53,856 nucleotides of DNA from Anaerolineales bacterium (GCA_020061145.1 JAGUYX010000160.1:1-53856); one strand, 5' to 3'. Shown: positions 20,268 to 29,884, counted from the first letter of the stretch. Notes: generated by a model from the sequence alone, not told the origin. A program made the numbers and translations.

Positions 20268-20295
20268 ATTATACCCAAACCATTAAGCCTGTCAA
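20268..20295 (-). promoter_or_regulatory. Near-consensus sigma-70 promoter driving the serS T-box leader
   Basis: Minus strand TTGACA (20290..20295), 16 nt, TATAAT (20268..20273). Confidence 0.75.
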
Positions 20296-20301
20296 GCGAG
20301 A

Positions 20302-21825
20302 CTAATCTTCGCGCTCGCGCAGGTGCGGAAACAGGATCACCTCGCGAATGTTCGGGCGGTCGGTGAATAACATCGTCAACCGGTCCACACCCATCCCAAA
20401 GCCGCCGTTGGGCGGCATGCCATAACGCATGGCGCGCAGATAATCCTCATCCATGGGATGGCGTTCCTCATCATCCGCTGCATATTCGCGCCCCATCTCC
20501 AGAAAGCGGGCTTCCTGGTCCAACGGGTCATTTAATTCGGTGAAAGCATTGCATAATTCCATCCCGCCCATAAATCCTTCGAACCGCTCCACTGTGGACG
20601 GGTCGCCGGCTTTACTTTTCGCCAGGGGGGAAATATCACGTGGATAATCGTACATAAAGGTCGGCTGGATCAGGTTTGGCTCCACATAATCTCCCAGCAT
20701 GCCATCGATCAGCTTCCCGCGCGTGGCTGTGGGAGAAGCTGCCAATCCTTTTGCCTGCATGGCAGCGCGTAATTGATCGGCGGTAGGATATGCATGGATG
20801 TCGATCCCAACAGCCTCCAGAATCGCCTGGCTGAGTTGAACCCGCCGCCAGGGTTTCTCCAGGTCGATAACCTGCCCCTGATATTCGAATTGGATGCGCC
20901 CCAGCGCCTGCCTGGCGGTATAACGCAGCATCTCTTCGGTCAAATCCATCACTTGCTGGTAATCGGCGTAGGCCCAATAAAACTCGAGCTGGGTAAACTC
21001 CGGATTATGCTTGAAAGACACCCCTTCATTGCGGAAATCTCGCCCGATCTCGTACACCCGTTCATATCCGCCCACCAGAAGGCGTTTTAAATACAATTCA
21101 AAAGAGATGCGCAGGTACAGGTCCTGATGCAGCTGGTTGTGGTGGGTGATAAACGGGCGGGCGGCTGCGCCGCCGTATATCGGCTGCAAGATTGGCGTTT
21201 CCACCTCCAGAAAGCCCTGCCCGTCCAGGAAATCGCGCAGAGCGCGCAGGATGGCTGCGCGGATGCGGAATATCTGGCGTACCTCCAGGTTTACCGCCAG
21301 GTCGGCGTACCGCTGGCGATAACGAAGCTCCGGATCGGATAACACCGCGTGACGCACAACTTCGCCATCCACAACCTCATCCTTGGCGGCTGGCAATGGC
21401 GTGATTGCTTTGGAGATTATGCGGAAATCCTCCAGGCGCAGGGTAATCTCGCCAGAGCGGGTGCGGAACAGCTCACCGCTGGCCTCGATAAAATCGCCCA
21501 GATCGAAATATCGATTGAATAAGTCGACCTTTTCCTGCCCCAGATCATTCGAGCGTAGAAAAAGCTGCAAACGTCCGCTGCCATCCTCAACATGCGCAAA
21601 GGTAATTTTGCCCATCGGGCGCATCGAGCGCAAGCGACCGACGACAGTAACCTTCAGATTCTCGGGTGCGTCGCCATTCACCTCCGCTGCCGTATAGGCT
21701 GCCAGCGCCTCCTGGGTGGTGTGCGTGCGCTCCACACGGTGGGGGTAGGGTTCTAATCCTGCCTCACGCAGCCGCTCGATTTTTTCCAGACGATTTTTTT
21801 CCAGCTGGGTATATTCTCTTGACAT
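20302..21825 (-). CDS. lysS: Lysine--tRNA ligase (class II)
   Basis: 507 aa with an N-terminal OB anticodon-binding domain and a class II catalytic core typical of LysS. Confidence 0.95.
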   Translation of the reverse strand: MSREYTQLEKNRLEKIERLREAGLEPYPHRVERTHTTQEALAAYTAAEVNGDAPENLKVTVVGRLRSMRPMGKITFAHVEDGSGRLQLFLRSNDLGQEKVDLFNRYFDLGDFIEASGELFRTRSGEITLRLEDFRIISKAITPLPAAKDEVVDGEVVRHAVLSDPELRYRQRYADLAVNLEVRQIFRIRAAILRALRDFLDGQGFLEVETPILQPIYGGAAARPFITHHNQLHQDLYLRISFELYLKRLLVGGYERVYEIGRDFRNEGVSFKHNPEFTQLEFYWAYADYQQVMDLTEEMLRYTARQALGRIQFEYQGQVIDLEKPWRRVQLSQAILEAVGIDIHAYPTADQLRAAMQAKGLAASPTATRGKLIDGMLGDYVEPNLIQPTFMYDYPRDISPLAKSKAGDPSTVERFEGFMGGMELCNAFTELNDPLDQEARFLEMGREYAADDEERHPMDEDYLRAMRYGMPPNGGFGMGVDRLTMLFTDRPNIREVILFPHLRERED

Positions 21826-21880
21826 ATTCCGCTTCCGTCACCGCTGAGGGTCTGAATAAAACTCAGACCGATTATAGTTG

Positions 21881-21915
21881 AAAAAAGTCCCGCACCGGGC
21901 TCAGGTGCGGGACTT
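21881..21915 (-). terminator. Intrinsic terminator after greA
   Basis: Minus strand AAGTCCCGCACC-tgagccc-GGTGCGGGACTT followed by TTTT. A TATAAT (21871..21876) just downstream may serve lysS. Confidence 0.85.
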
Positions 21916-21938
21916 GTAAATGGTTAATGGCTCAGAAA

Positions 21939-22406
21939 CTATTCCAGCTTCACAATCTGCACCGTGAACGAACCCTGGGGAGCGTCAACCGTAACTTTGT
22001 CGCCAACGCGCTTGCCCATCAGGGAACGTCCCAGCGGGGATTCGTTGGAGATTTTGCCTTCTCGGGGGTTGGCCTCCGCTGCGCCTACGATCACGTATTC
22101 TTCTGGCTCCATCCCATCTTCCTGGATGGTTACCCGGCTGCCGACTGTTACCAGATCTGCCGCTTCAGGAGCGTCGACCACACGCGCCTTGGAAAGCAAA
22201 ATTTCCAGCTCTTTGATGCGGCCCTCAACAAAGGCCTGCTCATTTTTAGCGGCTTCATATTCAGCATCTGGATCGACACCCAGATCCCCGCCTTCCAATG
22301 CTTCATGCAGACGTTCTGCGACCTCCTGACGACGCTTTGTGCGCAGGTATTCGAGCTCTTCCTGAAGTCTGTTGAACCCCTCGCGGGTCAGGTATGAGGT
22401 TGCCAT
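21939..22406 (-). CDS. greA: Transcription elongation factor GreA
   Basis: 155 aa from ATG 22406 (RBS AAGGAAAG), with an N-terminal coiled coil (LTREGFNRLQEELEYL) and a C-terminal GreA/B domain. Confidence 0.93.
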   Translation of the reverse strand: MATSYLTREGFNRLQEELEYLRTKRRQEVAERLHEALEGGDLGVDPDAEYEAAKNEQAFVEGRIKELEILLSKARVVDAPEAADLVTVGSRVTIQEDGMEPEEYVIVGAAEANPREGKISNESPLGRSLMGKRVGDKVTVDAPQGSFTVQIVKLE

Positions 22407-22561
22407 GATACTTTCCTTCATTTGTATTTTTTTGCCCGAAACCGCAGGTTTCAGGGCTGATAACACTCTTTAAGGATTCAGGTGATTAAGAATAAGAAAG
22501 CCACTTCGTAAATACTGTTGAAGTGCCTTACCACGCTCTACTGAAAACGCTTTCAGTAGTT

Positions 22562-22615
22562 AAAAAACCAGACGCGGCGTCCGAAAGGCTCTCCGCCTGC
22601 CTGCGCCGCACGCAG
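22562..22615 (-). terminator. GC-rich hairpin plus U6, either the terminator of the PIG-L gene or a greA leader attenuator
   Basis: On the minus strand a GC-rich self-complementary segment (GCGGCG...CGCCGC) is followed by TCTGGTTTTTT. The exact pairing register is uncertain. Confidence 0.4.
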
Positions 22616-22675
22616 ATTTTAGCATAAATTATATACAAAGGCAAGCCAGCATACCTTGCTTATCTGAAAACTCAG

Positions 22676-23425
22676 CTAACTCTCAGATTTCAGGCGGTGC
22701 CAAAGCGTAACACCGCCTTGCCTTAATGCATATTCCAACACAGCGTTCAACATGGATTCTTTGCTCTTCCAAAATGTGCTGATCTGAGATGAATAGGCTG
22801 CAATAGCAGATTGCCAGGCGGATATACCTTCCGCAGAAAGCGGGAATACCCTTCTTTCCCAATCCTCATCGCCTGGCGGGCGAAATTCCTGGCTGGCAGC
22901 ATAAGGGTAATCTGGATAATAAGCGTAAATTCCGCCATATGCTTCCGCAGCCTGGCGAGTGAGCTGATGATCCACGTGGTTACCCAATGCCAACGGGCAC
23001 ACCAGGCGCGCCTCCATAGGCAGGGCGGTAGCCAGATCGTTAGCCAGTTCGGTGACCAACCCTTGATCGGCGGGGTGTAATTCCCCAAACAGCGTTTCTT
23101 CGGATGGATAAAGAAATTCTGCCGGCGTTCCAGGCGCCAGGCGATAAATACAATCGGGAATGGGAAAATAACGCGGCGTGGCATTCACCACCTTGCAGGC
23201 AGCCCGATCCTCAGCTTTGCGTTTCCGGATCACTTCCGCTCCGACCTGCCAGCGAGTATGCAAGCTGCGGGCAAACGGGCTGACCTCGCCGTCCGGAATG
23301 TCGCCCGCGCAGACCGTCCAGATTTCCACCCTTTCCCGGCGTAAAGTCTGCTCCCAGATTAAGCCCCCACAGGAGAAAATCACATCGTCGAAATGAGGTG
23401 AGAGATAAATCCAGGTCATGGTCAC
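22676..23425 (-). CDS. PIG-L/LmbE family deacetylase
   Basis: 249 aa with LSPHFDDVIFSCGG near the N-terminus and a GNHVDH zinc-site motif. Confidence 0.85.
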   Translation of the reverse strand: MTMTWIYLSPHFDDVIFSCGGLIWEQTLRRERVEIWTVCAGDIPDGEVSPFARSLHTRWQVGAEVIRKRKAEDRAACKVVNATPRYFPIPDCIYRLAPGTPAEFLYPSEETLFGELHPADQGLVTELANDLATALPMEARLVCPLALGNHVDHQLTRQAAEAYGGIYAYYPDYPYAASQEFRPPGDEDWERRVFPLSAEGISAWQSAIAAYSSQISTFWKSKESMLNAVLEYALRQGGVTLWHRLKSES

Positions 23426-23460
23426 CCACCCGCGGCTTTCCTTGATTCACTCGTACCCTA

Positions 23461-23961
23461 ATGTTATCATTATCCCCTGATTGGAAAACCGGTATGCTGA
23501 ATCAAACAGCGAGGCGCAAACGCATCCGCTCGATCCTGGTGACAATTATCCTGGTGACCATCCCTTGTTATTGCACAGGCCTGATAATCATGCAATTAAC
23601 GCCAGACGCGACGCCCATTCCAACCCGCACGCCTCCGGTAACCTTTACCTGGACACCCAGCCCGACAATAACCTGGACGCCCATTTTTCAACCACCGGGA
23701 GAAACCCAAACCCCCACACAAACCAGCACACCCACATTGACCCCGACCGCCAGCCGCACACCCACCCAGACGCTGACCCTGGGCCCGATCCTGTTGACCC
23801 CCAGCCCGACCCTGCCTGCGACTGCCACGGAGACTCCCACCGTCACACCAACGGAGCCCCCACCCAGCCCAACGCCGGTCCCGCCCACGCCGACAGCTAC
23901 CGAAGCGCCGGCCAACCAGACTCCCGCGCCCTCTGATACTCCCGATACCAGTTCTCCCTGA
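23461..23961 (+). CDS. Membrane-anchored Pro/Thr-rich low-complexity protein
   Basis: 166 aa with a basic segment and one TM helix, then about 115 aa that are almost entirely P/T/S/Q. Alternative start at ATG 23494. Confidence 0.5.
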   Translation: MLSLSPDWKTGMLNQTARRKRIRSILVTIILVTIPCYCTGLIIMQLTPDATPIPTRTPPVTFTWTPSPTITWTPIFQPPGETQTPTQTSTPTLTPTASRTPTQTLTLGPILLTPSPTLPATATETPTVTPTEPPPSPTPVPPTPTATEAPANQTPAPSDTPDTSSP

Positions 23962-23974
23962 AAGCAGCCACCCG

Positions 23975-25033
23975 ATGACCGATCCTATTGAATTCCTGAA
24001 ACAATTAATCTCCGCGCCAGGTTTATCGGGTTACGAAGGCCCGGTACGCGAACTAATTCAAAATGCCTGGCAGCCCGTAACCGACCGCCTGAATGTCAGC
24101 CGCCTGGGCAGCCTGCACGGCCTGAAAAGCGGCAGCGGTGCAGAACCACGACCATCTATCCTGATTGCCGCCCATATGGATGCGATCGGGTTGATGGTGA
24201 CTTCGCAGGTGGATGGTTTTCTCCGTGTCACAGAAATCGGGGGGATTGACGCCCGCGTCCTGCCGGGTCAACTGGTAACTGTCCACGGGCGCCGCGACCT
24301 TCCCGGAGTCGTTGTCCAGCCTCCCGATCGCCTGTTACCAGATGAAGTTCAGGGCGGCCCGGTACCCCTGGAAGAACTGCTGGTCGATACCGGATTACCC
24401 GAGCGAGAACTGCAACGGCAGGTACGCCCCGGAGATCTGGTGTCTTTTGCTCAACCGCCTTTGGAACTGGGGGACGATGTCCTTGCCGGGCATTCACTCG
24501 ATAACCGCGCTTCCGTCGTCGCCCTCACCATCTGCCTCGAGCTGCTTAAAGATCGCCAGCATAGCTGGGACGTCTGGGCGGTCGCCAGCGCTCAGGAAGA
24601 AGAAACTCTGGGTGGAGCGTTGACTTCCGCCTACGATTTGCAGCCTGCCCTGGCTGTGGCTGTGGATGTTACTTTTGGGAAAAGCCCAGGAGCAAACGAT
24701 TACAAAACATTCCCGCTGGGTAAAGGGCCTACCCTGGGCTGGGGCCCCAATATACATCCAAAATTACATCAAGAATTCAAGAAACTGGCTGATCGACTTG
24801 AAATCCCCTATGCAGTGGAGGTCATGCCATTGCATTCCGGAACCGATGCGTATGCGCTCCAGATTGCGGCCGAGGGCATCCCTGCCATGGTGGTAAGCAT
24901 CCCCCTGCGTTATATGCACACCCCGGTTGAAATGGTCACCTTCAAAGACATCCAGCGCACCGGGCGCTTGCTGGCCGAGTTTATCTGCAGCCTGACCCCC
25001 GAATCGATGCAATCCTTCAATTGGGACGAATAA
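23975..25033 (+). CDS. M42 family metallo-aminopeptidase (FrvX/TET-like), paralog 1
   Basis: 352 aa with PGLSGYE, AHMDAIGLMV, HSLDNRAS and SAQEEETLGGA motifs. Confidence 0.88.
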   Translation: MTDPIEFLKQLISAPGLSGYEGPVRELIQNAWQPVTDRLNVSRLGSLHGLKSGSGAEPRPSILIAAHMDAIGLMVTSQVDGFLRVTEIGGIDARVLPGQLVTVHGRRDLPGVVVQPPDRLLPDEVQGGPVPLEELLVDTGLPERELQRQVRPGDLVSFAQPPLELGDDVLAGHSLDNRASVVALTICLELLKDRQHSWDVWAVASAQEEETLGGALTSAYDLQPALAVAVDVTFGKSPGANDYKTFPLGKGPTLGWGPNIHPKLHQEFKKLADRLEIPYAVEVMPLHSGTDAYALQIAAEGIPAMVVSIPLRYMHTPVEMVTFKDIQRTGRLLAEFICSLTPESMQSFNWDE

Positions 25034-25081
25034 GCCATACTCCCGGCAATTGACCTGCCTCTCACTCAAGAAAGATAGAAC

Positions 25082-26182
25082 ATGCCTGAAAACAGCCAAG
25101 CAAATACCCCTACCCGCATCACCCCTGCGCAAATCCGCATGTTGGAACGGTTATGCAATGCCTGCGGGGTTTCCGGCGATGAAGGCGAGGTGCGCCGTAT
25201 CGTCCTGGAGCACATTCGGGAATACGCCGACGAAATCAAGGTCGATGCGCTGGGAAATGTGCTCGCCACCCGCAAAGCGATTGGAGAAAGAAAAGGGAAA
25301 ACTGGACAGGTTTTGCGGGTACTGGTTGCCGCGCATATGGATGAAGTCGGTTTTATGATTACCAGCGACGAGGGGGATGGATTCTACCGCTTTCAGACGG
25401 TGGGAGGGGTGGATATCCGCCAGCTGGCGGGGAAACCGGTTTGGGTCGGCAGCGAGCATATCCCGGGCGTTATCGGGGCTAAACCGATCCACCTGACAAC
25501 TGCCGGGGAGCGCAAAAACAACATTTCGCTCGACAATTTACAGATCGACGTCGGGCCATCCGGCAAAAAGGTTAAGCCGGGCGACCGGGCTGTCTTTGCC
25601 ACTTCCTTCAGCCGCCTCGGACCCAGCCTGCGCGCCAAAGCCCTGGATGACCGGCTGGGCGTCGCCACCCTGATCGAATTATTTAAATCCCCCCCGCCGG
25701 GAATCGATCTTCTGGCGGCTTTTACCGTTCAGGAAGAAGTCGGATTACGCGGCGCCCGGGTGGCGGCTTATGCCCTGGACCCGGACCTGGCGCTGGTACT
25801 GGATTGCACACCGGCGCTGGATTTACCCACCTCAGACGGCGAAGAAAACACCCGGTATAACACACGCCTTGGATTTGGGCCGGCGATTTATATCGCCGAT
25901 TCGTCCACCCTTTCCGACCCGCGCCTGATCCGTCACTTTGTGGATGTGGCCGAAAGCCTGAGCATCCCTTATCAATTCCGCCAGTCAGGTGGTGGCGGCA
26001 CCGATGCAGGTGCCATTCATAAAGCCCGTGCCGGCATCCCCAGCCTGTCCATTTCGGTTCCCGGGCGATACCTGCACACTGCTGCAGCCCTGGTGCGCGT
26101 CACCGACTGGCAATTCGCAATGCAGCTGGTTTACACCGGGCTCAGCCGGCTAGACCCTCAAATCCTGCAGGCAGAACGTTGA
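25082..26182 (+). CDS. M42 family metallo-aminopeptidase, paralog 2
   Basis: 366 aa with GVSGDE, AHMDEVGFMI, ALDDRLG and TVQEEVGLRGA motifs. The start could instead be ATG 25139. Confidence 0.88.
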   Translation: MPENSQANTPTRITPAQIRMLERLCNACGVSGDEGEVRRIVLEHIREYADEIKVDALGNVLATRKAIGERKGKTGQVLRVLVAAHMDEVGFMITSDEGDGFYRFQTVGGVDIRQLAGKPVWVGSEHIPGVIGAKPIHLTTAGERKNNISLDNLQIDVGPSGKKVKPGDRAVFATSFSRLGPSLRAKALDDRLGVATLIELFKSPPPGIDLLAAFTVQEEVGLRGARVAAYALDPDLALVLDCTPALDLPTSDGEENTRYNTRLGFGPAIYIADSSTLSDPRLIRHFVDVAESLSIPYQFRQSGGGGTDAGAIHKARAGIPSLSISVPGRYLHTAAALVRVTDWQFAMQLVYTGLSRLDPQILQAER

Positions 26183-26217
26183 GCAGGATAATCACGGATG
26201 TGACCTCAGGAGCGCAA

Positions 26218-27228
26218 ATGAAAGCTTTAATCCAGAAATTAATCGAAACCCCCGGCCCTTCCGGTTATGAAACCCAGGTGCGCAACTTGATCCGCGCCGA
26301 GGTGGAATCCTTTGCAGACGAAATCCGCGTCGATAACCTCGGAAACCTGATCGTACGCAAAGGTCAGCGCCAGGAAAATGGCCAGAAAATCATGCTTTCT
26401 GCCCACATGGATGAAATCGGGGTGATTGTCACCCATATCGACGAAAATGGCTTTTTGCGCTTTACCAATCTGGGCGGTGTACGTGTTCTCAACCATGTTG
26501 GCGGACGTGTTCGCTTTTTAGACGGTACCCTCGGCGTGATCGGGATGGAAAAGCCCAAGGATACGCAAAAAATTCCTTCAATGGAGAACCTGTTTATCGA
26601 TGTGGGCGCGACCACCAAAGCCGATTGCCCGGTGCGTATTGGAGACGTGGCGGCATTTGACCGGCCATTCGCAGCGCTGGCGGGAAAATCCGGAGGCGAA
26701 CGACTGGTATCCAAAGCCATGGATGATCGCATCAGCGTGGCGATCCTGATCGAAACCCTGCGCCAGACGAATAACACGCCGCACGAATTGTTTTTCGTGT
26801 TCACTGTTCAGGAAGAGGTCGGCGTGCGCGGCGCAACCACAGCCGCTTATGGCATTAACCCGGATCTTGGCCTGGCAGTAGACGTCACTTTAACCGGCGA
26901 TACTCCCCGCGGCATCACCATGGACGTCGCTCTGGGGAAAGGACCGGCCATAAAAGTACGCGATAGCGGCATGCTGGCCGATCCCCGCGTGGTCGCATGG
27001 ATGGTGCAGACCGCAAAAAAGACGCGTATTCCTTACCAGCTCGAAATCCTGGACGGTGGATCTACCGATGCGCGCGCCATTCAGTTGAACCGCGCCGGCG
27101 TCCCGGCAGGCTGTCTGTCCATACCCTGTCGTTATGTTCATTCGCCTTCAGAAATGGTGGACCTGGGCGACGTTCAGGAGGCTGTGCGCCTGCTGGTCGC
27201 TCTGCTTTCCAACCCGGTAAACCTGTAA
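26218..27228 (+). CDS. M42 family metallo-aminopeptidase, paralog 3
   Basis: 336 aa from ATG 26218 (RBS AGGAG), with GPSGYE, AHMDEIGVIV, AMDDRIS and TVQEEVGVRGA motifs. Confidence 0.88.
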   Translation: MKALIQKLIETPGPSGYETQVRNLIRAEVESFADEIRVDNLGNLIVRKGQRQENGQKIMLSAHMDEIGVIVTHIDENGFLRFTNLGGVRVLNHVGGRVRFLDGTLGVIGMEKPKDTQKIPSMENLFIDVGATTKADCPVRIGDVAAFDRPFAALAGKSGGERLVSKAMDDRISVAILIETLRQTNNTPHELFFVFTVQEEVGVRGATTAAYGINPDLGLAVDVTLTGDTPRGITMDVALGKGPAIKVRDSGMLADPRVVAWMVQTAKKTRIPYQLEILDGGSTDARAIQLNRAGVPAGCLSIPCRYVHSPSEMVDLGDVQEAVRLLVALLSNPVNL

Positions 27229-28541
27229 TGAACTTTATTTCTGGAAACGCCTGGAGCCGGTTGAGTCTGTTTCTTATTATTCTCCTGATGACAGGTTGCA
27301 GTCAATTGCCCATACCCGGTTTGGATCTGAACCAGCAGACAGGCGAGGTATTGCCCAGCGCAACACCGATTACCACCCAGGCGCCGGCAACTCCTTCGCC
27401 GGAAGCAAGTCCTTCTCCTGCCGCGGTAACTCTGCGTATCTGGTTGCCGCCGGAGTTCGACCCGGAGGCCGGCACGCCTCATGGCGATTTGTTGAAGGCG
27501 CGCCTGGATGAATTTCAACAGCGTCGCCCCAATGTCAAAGTTGAAGCCCGTATCAAAGAAATTGAAGGTCCGGGTGGAATGATCAACACCCTGACCACGG
27601 CCAGTTCAGCCGCCCCACTGGCTTTGCCCGACCTGGTGGCCTTACCGCGGCGGGCTGTCGACCCGGCTGTGCAAAAAGGACTGCTGTATCCTTTCGAGCA
27701 TCTCGGCGAATTGGCTCAGGCAAACTGGTTCGAATACACCCGCACAACCAGCGATGGAGGCAATATTGTGTACAGCCTGCCATTTGCCGGGGACACACTG
27801 GTGCTGGTTTACCGCCCTGAACTGATTGAAACACCGCCGCTTTCCTGGGAGGCTCTGCGCCAGATCCAGTATCCTTTATTATTTCCGGCTGCCAGCCCGC
27901 AGGCTTTTTTTACCCTGGCGCTCTACCAGGCTTCCGGAGGAGAAATTCAGGATGAAGATGGGCGCCCCATGCTTCAACAGGGACCTCTGACCGGTGTTTA
28001 TATTTTTTACCAGCAGGCTTCCTCCGGGGAGCAAATGCCCTTCTGGCTCACCCAGTTTGAAACCGATCAGCAGGTCTGGCAGGCTTACCAGGAGGGACGC
28101 GCCCCCATGGCGGTAACCTGGCTTTCCAATTACCTGACTGAACGCCCGGACGATAGTGAAGTCAGCCAGATTCCCACGCTCGACGGAAATCCATTTACAC
28201 TGGCGACAGGGTGGGGCTGGGTCCTGCCCAATCCAGATCCCACTCGCCGGGAGCTGAGCACTGAGCTGGCTGTTTTTCTATCCGAGGCCAGTTTTCTTGG
28301 TCGTTGGACTCTGGCTTCGGGTTATTTACCCCCACGGCAAGAGGTGCTGGATAACTGGTTTAATGTCCCCCTGCAAGCCCTGGCGCAACAAATGATCCGC
28401 GCCGCCTACCCTGTACCCTCTCCAGATATCCTGGGCGTGCTCGGACCGGCCTTACAGGAAACCACCGGCGAAGTGCTGAAACAGCAGGAGACGCCTTCCA
28501 ATGCTGCCGAGCAAGCCATCAACCGGGTAAACAGCCCCTGA
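27228..28541 (+). CDS. ABC-type extracellular solute-binding lipoprotein
   Basis: 437 aa from ATG 27228, which overlaps the M42 stop as TAATG. It has lipobox LLMTGCSQ, a Pro/Ser/Thr linker and an SBP family 1-like body. Confidence 0.75.
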   Translation: MNFISGNAWSRLSLFLIILLMTGCSQLPIPGLDLNQQTGEVLPSATPITTQAPATPSPEASPSPAAVTLRIWLPPEFDPEAGTPHGDLLKARLDEFQQRRPNVKVEARIKEIEGPGGMINTLTTASSAAPLALPDLVALPRRAVDPAVQKGLLYPFEHLGELAQANWFEYTRTTSDGGNIVYSLPFAGDTLVLVYRPELIETPPLSWEALRQIQYPLLFPAASPQAFFTLALYQASGGEIQDEDGRPMLQQGPLTGVYIFYQQASSGEQMPFWLTQFETDQQVWQAYQEGRAPMAVTWLSNYLTERPDDSEVSQIPTLDGNPFTLATGWGWVLPNPDPTRRELSTELAVFLSEASFLGRWTLASGYLPPRQEVLDNWFNVPLQALAQQMIRAAYPVPSPDILGVLGPALQETTGEVLKQQETPSNAAEQAINRVNSP

Positions 28542-28570
28542 GAACCCATCGCCCGTCCTGAATGTACTAC

Positions 28571-28600
28571 TTGACGCTGTCTCCAGGCCGGTGTTATGAT
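28571..28600 (+). promoter_or_regulatory. Promoter of LysM-M23 peptidase 1
   Basis: TTGACG (28571..28576), 18 nt, TATGAT (28595..28600). Confidence 0.55.
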
Positions 28601-28624
28601 GCTTTCTGAGGTATATACGATCTG

Positions 28625-29869
28625 ATGATCCCTACCGAATACGATCCTGACGATCCCTTGCATCAACGTCCCGGATCGTTATCCCCTGAGAAAAGAATAG
28701 ATCCCCCATCCGAAGCTGTGCCTGATCAGGCGAGTCCCTTCGAATTAATCTGGGGACAGTTGGCGCGTTGGGGCCTGGCTGAACCTGCTTTGCGGCTTGG
28801 CACCCATGCGCTCACTATTCTGGCTGTCCTGCTGGTTGTCTGGGGAGCAAGTGAATTTTTCCAACAGGTGAATACCAGCGAACTGCAAGGCAACCCGGTT
28901 GGGGTTCAGGCCGCGGAAATTCCAACCGCCACACCCACGCCATTGCCTCCCCAACTGGCGCCTCTGCCAGATATGCCGGTTTACGGACGGTTGGCCATCC
29001 GGCGGCAGGTAATTATGAACACCGGCGCTGTCGGGCGCAACCGGCAGGAAATCATCACCTACACCGTCCAGGAAGGCGACAACCTGTTTGCCATCGCCGA
29101 GAAATTTGGATTAAGCCCGGAAACCGTTCTGTGGGGTAATTTCCATATGCTGGCAGACGACCCACACAATTTGCGCCCGGGCCAGGAGTTGAACATTCTG
29201 CCGGTGGATGGCACTTTGTACGAATGGCAACCCGGAGATGGACTAAACGCCGTGGCACGTTTCTTTGGGATAACCCCGGAAGAGATCATCGGCTGGCCGG
29301 GCAACAACCTCGACCCTGCCACGATTGGCGATTATGCCCACCCTAATATCGAGACCGGGACCATGCTCGTGATCCCCGGGGGCAGGCGTGAGTTTGTCAC
29401 CTGGAGCGTACCCCGTATCACGCGTGAAGAACCAGCCGTGGCGCAGGTGCTGGGTTCGGGTAGTTGCAGCGCGGTCACCAGTGGTCCGGTAGGGATGGGT
29501 GCATTTATCTGGCCGGCCAACAACCACTTCATTTCCGGTTATGATTTCGCGCCTGCCGCCAACCATTACGGTATCGATATCGATGGAGACCTGGGAGACG
29601 CCGTTTACGCCGCAGATGGAGGGGTGGTGGTATATTCCGGCTGGAACGACTGGGGGTATGGCAACATGGTGGTAATCGATCATGGGAACGGCTGGCAATC
29701 ATTATATGCCCACCTGAATGCCATGAATGTGGACTGCGGAAGTTTTGTAAACCAGGGCGACCTGATCGGCGCCTTTGGCAGCACCGGCAACTCCTCTGGC
29801 CCGCACCTGCATTTCGAATTGCTCAGTGACCAGTACGGAAAAGTCAATCCCTGGAATTTCTTACCCTGA
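28625..29869 (+). CDS. LysM domain-containing M23 family metallopeptidase, paralog A
   Basis: 414 aa with a TM anchor, LysM YTVQEGDNLFAIAEKFG, and M23 motifs HYGIDI and GPHLHFEL. Confidence 0.88.
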   Translation: MIPTEYDPDDPLHQRPGSLSPEKRIDPPSEAVPDQASPFELIWGQLARWGLAEPALRLGTHALTILAVLLVVWGASEFFQQVNTSELQGNPVGVQAAEIPTATPTPLPPQLAPLPDMPVYGRLAIRRQVIMNTGAVGRNRQEIITYTVQEGDNLFAIAEKFGLSPETVLWGNFHMLADDPHNLRPGQELNILPVDGTLYEWQPGDGLNAVARFFGITPEEIIGWPGNNLDPATIGDYAHPNIETGTMLVIPGGRREFVTWSVPRITREEPAVAQVLGSGSCSAVTSGPVGMGAFIWPANNHFISGYDFAPAANHYGIDIDGDLGDAVYAADGGVVVYSGWNDWGYGNMVVIDHGNGWQSLYAHLNAMNVDCGSFVNQGDLIGAFGSTGNSSGPHLHFELLSDQYGKVNPWNFLP

Positions 29870-29884
29870 TCGACCAGACTTTCC

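Noticed and set aside
23640-23940. ACC/CCG-rich low-complexity DNA as a CRISPR-like or microsatellite array
   Set aside because: There is no fixed period and no repeat-spacer organisation. The pattern is explained by Pro/Thr codon bias of the ORF.
26997-27227. 77-codon extension of the solute-binding protein ORF into the third M42 gene
   Set aside because: The lipoprotein signal peptide begins at ATG 27228, which overlaps the M42 stop. The extension is Arg/Gly-rich out-of-frame sequence.
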